A stretch of DNA of 64,000 nt from NCBI GenBank assembly GCA_965248355.1, contig OZ252098.1, positions 4,256,001 to 4,320,000 of the forward strand, read 5' to 3'. The translations under genes and the position numbers were made by a program. Numbering within the stretch: position 1 is the stretch's first letter; every line of letters starts with the position of its first letter. The notes below the pieces were generated by a model. That model was given only the letters and a program-made list of their open reading frames with translations, was not told the DNA's origin and searched no databases. Of this stretch, positions 57,705 through 64,000 are shown piece by piece. This DNA comes from Candidatus Latescibacterota bacterium. GTDB taxonomy: Bacteria; Latescibacterota; UBA2968; UBA8231.

Positions 57705-59127
57705 GGCATTGTCCCGATCTTAGTTGAAATAACACAGGCTCCCATCGTTACGTTTGATACGAGAAATCGCCAAGAAGCCTCGTATTCGGTAACCCAAGGA
57801 GCCTGCCATGAGCAAGCTACAAGCACGGAAAAGGGGCGTCAAACGGACCGTGACCATCGGCCCCGTGAACCGCCAAGCCACCGCGTCGATGGACGATCTG
57901 GAGACTCGCATCGAGATCATCCAGCTGCTGATCCCCCTGGGGCTGCAGGCGGTTGGGGAGGAGCTGCGACGGGGCGTGGAGGCCCTGGCCGGACCTCGGT
58001 ATCAGCGCAAGGGGCCGGATCAGCCGTTGCGCCGCTGGGGGGCGCAGGCCGGGTCGGTGTACCTGGGCGATCAGAAACTGCCGGTCGAGGTGCCGCGCGT
58101 GCGCGATGTGGTCCGCGGCACCGAGGTCCCGCTGGAGGCCTACCAGGCCCTGCAGACGCCGAGGCAGATGGATCAGGGGCTGTTGTTGCGGGTGCTGAAG
58201 GGCCTGGCCACGCGCAACTACGAGGCCTGCGCCGAGACCGTCCCGCAAGCCTTCGGTCTGTCCCGTTCTCGGTCTCTCGCCGGTACGTGAAAGGCACGGC
58301 GCGCAAGCTGGCCGAATTCCAGCAGCGATCCTTGGAAGGCTACGACCTGGTGGCGCTGTTTCTGGACGGCAAGAGCTTCGCCGACGAGGAGATCCTCATC
58401 GCCCTGGGTGTGACTCTGGAGGGCCAGAAGGTGCCCTTGGGCTTCGTGCAGGCGGCCACCGAGAACGAGCGCGTCTGTCGCCGCTTCCTGGCGGAGCTGG
58501 TCGAGCGGGGCCTGCAATACGAAGCCGGGCTGCTCGTGGTGATCGATGGAGGCAAGGGCCTGTACAAGGCGGTGCGGTCGGTGCTTCAAGGCCATGCCTG
58601 CGTGCAGCGATGCCAGTATCACAAGCGCCAGAACGTGGTCTCGTACCTGCCCAAGAGCGAGCAGGCCGGCCTTCGTCGAAAGCTGGAAGCGGCGTATGGG
58701 CACTCGACGTACGAGGAGGCCCAAGCCGCCCTGGAGGCGCTGAAACCGGGGTTGCAGTTGATGAACCAGTCGGCCCTGCGCAGCTTGGAGGAAGGCCAGC
58801 AAGAAACCCTCACGCTCCACCGCCTGGGCCTGATGCCGATGCTGAAGGCCTCCTTCCGTACCACCAACTGTATCGAGAACGTCAACAGTCTCCTGGAGCA
58901 GTTGACGCACAACGTGCGGCGCTGGACCAACTCGTCGCAGCGTCACCGCTGGGTCGCCACGGCGTTGCTTGACATCGAACCTCGCCTCCGCCGGGTCAAC
59001 GGCTACCACCACCTGCCGATGCTCCGGCAAGCGCTCCAAGCCGAGCTCGGCATCCAGCAGCTCGCGATGACGGGCTGACTCATCCACTCGAGCCTGGGCT
59101 ACGTTTCAACTGAAAATGGGACTTGCC
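57705..59127 (+). mobile_element. IS256-family insertion sequence with a 9-bp TSD
   Basis: Imperfect IRs GGCATTGTCCCGATCTTAGTTGAAA and (reverse complement) GGCAAGTCCCATTTTCAGTTGAAA; TSD CGAGGCCAC at 57696-57704 and 59128-59136. Confidence 0.92.
57808..59078 (+). pseudogene. IS256 transposase with a -1 frameshift near 58268
   Basis: VPRVRD, LDG, IDGGKGL, QRCQYHK, TTNCIE; FGLSRS(S)VSRR is broken by a one-base loss (mutation or sequencing error). Confidence 0.85.
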
Positions 59128-59267
59128 CGAGGCCACCCGCTCTATCGTGACGTTGCCATTGAGCAAGATGGGCTGCGGCTCCACGCCTCTGGCCCGCAGA
59201 TGGTCCGCAAGAAGGTTGTTGACGAATTCCTCCTCGGTGCGGCCCTCTACCGATATGGCCAGCCGGA

Positions 59268-60392
59268 TCACGGGCGGCCGCCGAGGAGGTTCTTCTGCCA
59301 GAGTTCACCCGGAGTGAAATTGTCATCGAGCCAGGCACGGTAGTCCTCTGCGTTCAGTTTGCTGAACAGGGTACGACCCTCCTCCAGCTCGAGCACGAAT
59401 ATCTCCTCAAGACCGAAGGCATCGACAAGCAGAGGGGACTGGGTTGCCACGATGACCTGCCTCTCTTCGGCAAGAGCCTTGATCATCCCTCCGACCAGGG
59501 CAATGGCTGCCGGATGCAGGCCCAGTTCCGGCTCGTCCAAGAGGAGGACGTCGGGCAACATCTCCGGCGGCAGATTGAGCAGGGTCACCAGCGCGAAGAA
59601 GCGCAGGGAGCCGTCGGACGTGAGGTGGGCGCCGAAGGTCTTGTCGGTTCCCTGGGCCTTCCATCTGAGCAGCACCTTGCCGTAGCTCTCTACGATGTCA
59701 AATCGGTCGAAGACGGGCAGGACTCGGCCGATGTGCTGACAGATCATCTCAAATCGCTTGATGTCCTCCTGTTCCAACCGGTGCAGTACAGCGGCCAGGT
59801 TGCCGCCGTGACTGCGAAGGTGGTTGTTGTCCTCCACGTCCCATCTCTTCTTGAAATTCGATGTGTCGGAGGTGTCGTGAAACTGATAGACGGCGCAATT
59901 GCGAAGCAGACCCACGATTACCCTGGCCGTGAAATCCTGAGATCCCCCGGATTGCGCCTCTTCGACGATTTTTGCTTCCGGATGGCCGCTTCCGAGATGT
60001 TTCCAGTCCGCCTCGGTATCGAGATCCCTGCGGCTGAAGCGGAATGCCTCGTCCACGAATATGAAACGGCCGGGATGAGCGTGAGCGAGTACGAAACGAT
60101 AGTCGTTGCGGCCCCCTTCCGTTCGCATGGTCACCGTGGCGTCCATGCGCGGGCTGCGCTCGCTACCACCGAACAACTGGTCATCGGCTCCTCCTTGCCG
60201 CTCAACGAACTCGGCGAGTCGCCGGGACCGGAGCATCCAGCTCAGCATTTCGAAGAAGCGAATGAAATTGGACTTGCCCGAGCCGTTGGCGCCGATCATG
60301 ACCGCAGCCCTGGGGATTTCCGAAAGCTCGACCTTCGCCAACGACCGGAAACCCTGGATACGGATATGATCTATGAAGTTTGTCTTGGTCAT
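59268..60392 (-). CDS. AAA_21/ABC-type ATPase partnering DUF4276
   Basis: IGANGSGKSN, YQFHDTS, SDGSLRF, LLDEPELGLHP, ATQSP, LGGRP. Confidence 0.9.
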   Translation of the reverse strand: MTKTNFIDHIRIQGFRSLAKVELSEIPRAAVMIGANGSGKSNFIRFFEMLSWMLRSRRLAEFVERQGGADDQLFGGSERSPRMDATVTMRTEGGRNDYRFVLAHAHPGRFIFVDEAFRFSRRDLDTEADWKHLGSGHPEAKIVEEAQSGGSQDFTARVIVGLLRNCAVYQFHDTSDTSNFKKRWDVEDNNHLRSHGGNLAAVLHRLEQEDIKRFEMICQHIGRVLPVFDRFDIVESYGKVLLRWKAQGTDKTFGAHLTSDGSLRFFALVTLLNLPPEMLPDVLLLDEPELGLHPAAIALVGGMIKALAEERQVIVATQSPLLVDAFGLEEIFVLELEEGRTLFSKLNAEDYRAWLDDNFTPGELWQKNLLGGRP

Positions 60393-60760
60393 CGAATGCT
60401 CTCCCTCGGGTTGAGCGACTCCGCAATGCGGTCGAGCTTCTCGCGGATCTCCGGGTGGATCTCCTCCGCTCTCATCGCGGCGGCCAACAGGTAGAGGTCC
60501 CTCTTCGGTGTGCTTCTCTCGAGATCCTCCAGCAGCGGGACCAGGAACTCCGTGCTCGCCTTGACGCGCACGAGCGAAACGTGGACTCGGATGAATCGCT
60601 TGATCGCCTCCGGCTGCAGGAGGTAGTTCTCGATCTCGTAGCGGCGCCAGCGGAGCACGGACAAGCCCGCCCCAGTCGTTTCAGCGTCCGGTTCGTCCCG
60701 GTTGTCACCGTCGAGAAGGCAAAGTCCGCGCAAGTTGGGAAAAGCGGATCGCATGGCAGG
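60389..60760 (-). pseudogene. C-terminal remnant of an ATPase-TOPRIM (OLD-like) protein
   Basis: LLDGD, WRRYEIENY, KAS, IHPEIREKLD; no start. Confidence 0.5.
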
Positions 60761-61039
60761 CTTGTAACAGGAGATTGGCCAACTGTTCTGGTTTCTCACT
60801 ATCTGCCTCTGTTCCGGCTTTAATATAACGATAGAAGATAGCCGTAACACCCATTACAGAGACGTCGCGACCAGTTGCCTCCGTATATGGAGGCTGTCCA
60901 CAAATCGGAATTGCTGGAGCGGACCACGCTGCGGGTAAGTCTTTCTTATTGTGGAAGGTACCGATTTCACGTTCTGTGGCGGAAGGCGTTGCGCGGCGCT
61001 CGGCCTTGGCGCGCTTCTCGCGGATCAGACGGCGGGGAA

Positions 61040-62278
61040 TCACGACGGCTTCGGTTCCTTCCACAGCCGGACCGTGAAACGGTGTTCCTCCTCGATCAGG
61101 TCGGGATCGGTGCCGTTGTGGTTGCGCATGGCGGGAATGAGCTTGTTTCGCACCCCCATGCCGCGGGCATCGACGTATCCGTAGTCCCGCATGACGTTCA
61201 CCAGCATCTGGTTGCGCGCGTACCGCATCCCCAATCGGATCCCGGCGGGCGTCACCGTGTTGGGCAGGCGGCCGGGGCTGACGACTTCGAGGCGATCGGA
61301 GAAGATGGAGAGCATGATGTCGGTCCCGGCGATGCTGTAATCGCGGTGTACGAGGGCGTTGACCACGGCTTCGCGCACCGCTTCTTCTGGGTACTCCCAG
61401 CGGTCGATCCGCATCGCGCCTTCCAAGTGAGCGGAGGGCGTCGTATTGCGCCGCACGAAATCCCAGGCCTTGTCGACGAGCCCCAGCTTGACGAGTTCCC
61501 CGTCCTCGGGGTCGCGGAGTGGAACCATGGGACCTTTGAGGTCCTCGTCCGCGCGGGTTGCATAGTCCGGTTCCGAGTCCGGGTAGCAGATCGCTCGAAG
61601 GCCCGATTGAGGAAGAAACCGCTTGGGGTCCTTGCCGAACAGGAGCATTCCGTCAACGGTGGCGGCCATGCGGCCCTCGGATGGTGTCGCAAGTTCGAGA
61701 TTCTGCAGCAGTCTCTGCCAGTGATCGACATCGTTCGCGGGCGGAACACTGGCGCCTAGAACACGGCCGAAGTAATCCCGCAGATGCCGCTGATCGAGCG
61801 CGTCGAGCGCAGTGCCGGGGACGGGCTTCAAACCATAACGGAACCACCCGCCCCGCAGATAGAGTCGTTCTTCTTCCTCGCGGGTTGCGGCACGGGTCGT
61901 CGTCCCGACGCGAACCTGTGTAACCCGGTTACCCCCGCGCCTGGCCTTGTAAGGCTTGTGCGGCGCATCTCCGGGAAGAGATACGACGCCGATGGTCTTT
62001 CCTTCTCCCCAGTCCACGGTCTCCCAATAGGGAATCGTCGCCGGCAGGACGTGGGTACGCGCGGTTTCCATCACCCATTCCTCGACCTTGCGGGGCTCTC
62101 GGGTGAGACCGGCAACCGAGCCATTGTCCTCGACGCCGAGGAGAATGCGCCCGCCTTCGAGATTGAGCAGGGCCGCAATTTCCGTGGCGAGCCGTTCGGG
62201 GCGGAGGTCGTCGCGCTTGAACTCCACGCCGGAGTTCTCGCCATTGCGGATCAGTTCGACCAAGGCGGATTTGTTCAT
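61040..62278 (-). CDS. Schlafen/AlbA_2 domain plus HATPase_c_4 (RecG-C-like) protein
   Basis: GENSGVEFKRDD, N..GG.ILLGVED, REAVVNALVHRDY, SPGRLP, RN, GMGV. Confidence 0.85.
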   Translation of the reverse strand: MNKSALVELIRNGENSGVEFKRDDLRPERLATEIAALLNLEGGRILLGVEDNGSVAGLTREPRKVEEWVMETARTHVLPATIPYWETVDWGEGKTIGVVSLPGDAPHKPYKARRGGNRVTQVRVGTTTRAATREEEERLYLRGGWFRYGLKPVPGTALDALDQRHLRDYFGRVLGASVPPANDVDHWQRLLQNLELATPSEGRMAATVDGMLLFGKDPKRFLPQSGLRAICYPDSEPDYATRADEDLKGPMVPLRDPEDGELVKLGLVDKAWDFVRRNTTPSAHLEGAMRIDRWEYPEEAVREAVVNALVHRDYSIAGTDIMLSIFSDRLEVVSPGRLPNTVTPAGIRLGMRYARNQMLVNVMRDYGYVDARGMGVRNKLIPAMRNHNGTDPDLIEEEHRFTVRLWKEPKPS

Positions 62279-63633
62279 GGTTGCGTCAGGACCCGTCTGA
62301 CCTCGGTGGCCACCAGGACCTGAATCTCCCCTTCGTGGAACTGCTGCTCGGTATAGAGCCGGCTCCCCGGTTCGTCCCGTGAGCCCGGCCGCATGCCGCC
62401 GTGGATGCAGCCGGTGCGAAAGCCCCAGGCCTTCAGGTGCGCCAAGAGGTGGTCGAGCGTGTCCTTGAACTCGGTGAAGAGCAGCAACCGCTGGTCGGGG
62501 CGGTCGAAGAACCCCTCCTCCTGCATGATCTCCCGGAGATGACCCAGTTTCGCCTGGCTTCCGGAGGTCTCGACGGCGTTCGCCTCTGACCGCCTCCAGC
62601 ATCCTCTCCAGCGGTTCGCGTTCGGCGTCCTCCAGTTCCTCGAGTTCCTCCAAGGCGGGGAGGTCCGGCGGAGCAGTCCGCACCATTTCCTGGGCTCGCT
62701 CGAGGCCCTCCTCCAGGCGCCGGGCCCGGTTCTCCAGCGACCGCCGCAGGGCATAGGTGCTGGAGGCGAGACGCCGCTGGTACAGGGACATGAGAAAACC
62801 GACGGCGCGCGCCCTTGGGTCGTCGCCCTGGGCCGCGGCGCGGGCGCACTGCCGTTTGACGAAGCTCGCTGTTCCATGGCCCCGCGGATGGACTTCACGT
62901 CGGCGTAAGCGTCACGGTCCAGGAGCTGCAGGAAGAGGGTGAAGTTCTGCGGGTCTCCCTTGTGCGGCGTGGCGGTCAGCAGCAGCAGGTGATCGGCGTT
63001 GTCGCGCAGCAGTTCTCCGAGCCGGTAGCGCTGGCTCTTGTGGGTCTCGTCGCGCGCCGACATGCGGTGCGCCTCGTCCACGATGACCAGGTCCCAGTGG
63101 ACCTGTTGCAGCCCCGGCAGGATCTCGGTGCGCTTGGCCAGGTCCAGCGAGGTGATGATCTGCTTCTGCTCCATCCACTGGTTGACGCCGAACTGATCGC
63201 GGATGTCGCTGCCCTTCAGCACGAGGAACCTCTCGTCGAACTTCTCCTTCAGCTCGCGCTGCCACTGGAACGCGAGGAAACGGACGCTGGGCAGCTTGAG
63301 AAGGTGGTCGTAGACCGCTTCGAGCTGGTGGGGCAGGGGGTCCACGCGCGAGAGGGAAAGCCCGAAATAGGGGTCGAACTCGTAGGCGATTCCGAGCGCG
63401 TAGGCCTGGAGGCCGAGGCGCAGGAGCCGCCCGTCGCCGTCGAAGGAAGGAGCGGAGTCGGCGATGGTCAGGCTGGAGAGGTCGTGGGAGGTGAGCGTGA
63501 CCTGGCGGAACCGCTCGGACTGCTGGCCCACGAGGCCGGCGATCCAGAGGCCGGGACCGTTGGAGCCGACGGTCACCACCCGCATGGGCTCGCTGAACAG
63601 GGGGCCGGTCAGCACCTGGCCTTCGCGGATCAT
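62275..63633 (-). pseudogene. SNF2-family helicase with several internal deletions
   Basis: PLPHQLEAVY, DEAHRM, TATPH, LLLFTEFKDT, VLVATE. Walker A is absent (RFL joined to AFQWQ); frame changes near 62870 and 62590; truncated near 62300. Confidence 0.85.
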
Positions 63634-63644
63634 GGTGTCAGGGG

Positions 63645-63887
63645 TCAAGGCAGGATCTTCTCGAGCCCGGCGTCGGTCAATCCGCTGGCGGCCGCTTCTG
63701 CTCCCAGGCTGTCCATGGTCGCCGTCAAGCGCGACCATGCGGCGCCTTGCAGCCGTTCGTAATGCTCCATGGACATCACGACGGCGACCGCGCGGCCCTT
63801 CCTGGTGACGCACACAGGTTCGCCTTGAGCGGCACCGAGCAGTCCGCCGAATCGGTTCCTGGCTTCTCTGGCGGCGATCTCTCTCAT
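63645..63887 (-). CDS. Phd/YefM-family antitoxin (orphan)
   Basis: AREARNRFG.LL, EPV.VTRKGRAVAVVMS..YERL. Confidence 0.85.
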   Translation of the reverse strand: MREIAAREARNRFGGLLGAAQGEPVCVTRKGRAVAVVMSMEHYERLQGAAWSRLTATMDSLGAEAAASGLTDAGLEKILP

Positions 63888-63920
63888 AGGCGAATACAAC
63901 ACTAAGGACCGGTCGGACCG

Positions 63921-64000
63921 TCAAGCCCCCGCGAAACCCTCCATGTCCGGATCGATGGCCAGGCCCCGCTCCTCGTCGAAGTCGATGTCGATGGAGTGGG
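63921..64000 (-). CDS. 3' end of an unidentified CDS entering from the right edge
   Basis: HSIDIDFDEERGLAIDPDMEGFAGA-stop with genome-typical codons. Confidence 0.5.
   Translation of the reverse strand, partial: HSIDIDFDEERGLAIDPDMEGFAGA

Larger units (their letters stand above)
57219..59271 (-). pseudogene. DUF4276-family (TOPRIM-like) gene interrupted by IS256
   Basis: MIRLAISVEGRTEEEF...IERVAS on one side and DMARL..D.YGF..YEFEGLLF..PEDIN..APSKRI..CPRF..W on the other; removing the IS and one TSD restores the frame. Confidence 0.85.

Noticed and set aside
58255..58290. Programmed frameshift in the IS256 transposase
   Set aside because: No slippery sequence, and IS256 transposases are single-ORF; a one-base loss or sequencing error is simpler.
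50611..62595. GGTCAGA/TCTGACC at three deletion junctions (about 50612, 62296, 62585) and GGTCA at about 47540
   Set aside because: Motif chosen after the fact, register differs between junctions, it is absent from most other junctions and present at non-junction sites (42041, 56452). Needs exact breakpoints to test.

Overview
High-GC bacterial DNA (about 65-72% by eye). The many sialidase/BNR, PhyH, amidohydrolase, Gfo/Idh/MocA and aldo-keto reductase genes, an FlgD-Ig C-terminal domain and 'SWG..K' C-terminal tails suggest Ca. Latescibacterota or a Gemmatimonadota-like lineage; this is inference only. Left edge: a Wadjet/MksBEF-like kleisin-KITE-SMC operon running off the window. 4-18 kb: sugar-acid and carbohydrate catabolic genes. 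18.6-24.4 kb: an accessory patch with a frameshifted exported protein, an IS66 element, an HNH remnant, and a di-haem lipoprotein-Rieske-porin operon behind twin TTAG-N6-CTAA palindromes. 24.6-44.8 kb: housekeeping and catabolic genes, nested duplications of gene 3' ends (31.5-35.0 kb), a DUF1538/PII/CBS operon and a HelD-like helicase. 45.1-49.3 kb: a cassette bounded by short inverted repeats (AbiE-like pair plus a decayed PHP-ATPase) between remnants of exported-protein genes. 50.7-55.4 kb: polB and neighbours. 55.4-64 kb: a decayed defence island (DUF499-like and SNF2 remnants, ABC-ATPase/DUF4276 pair split by IS256 with a 9-bp TSD, Schlafen/AlbA_2 protein, orphan Phd antitoxin). No rRNA, tRNA or CRISPR array was seen. 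All family calls come from motif recognition by eye, not from database searches.
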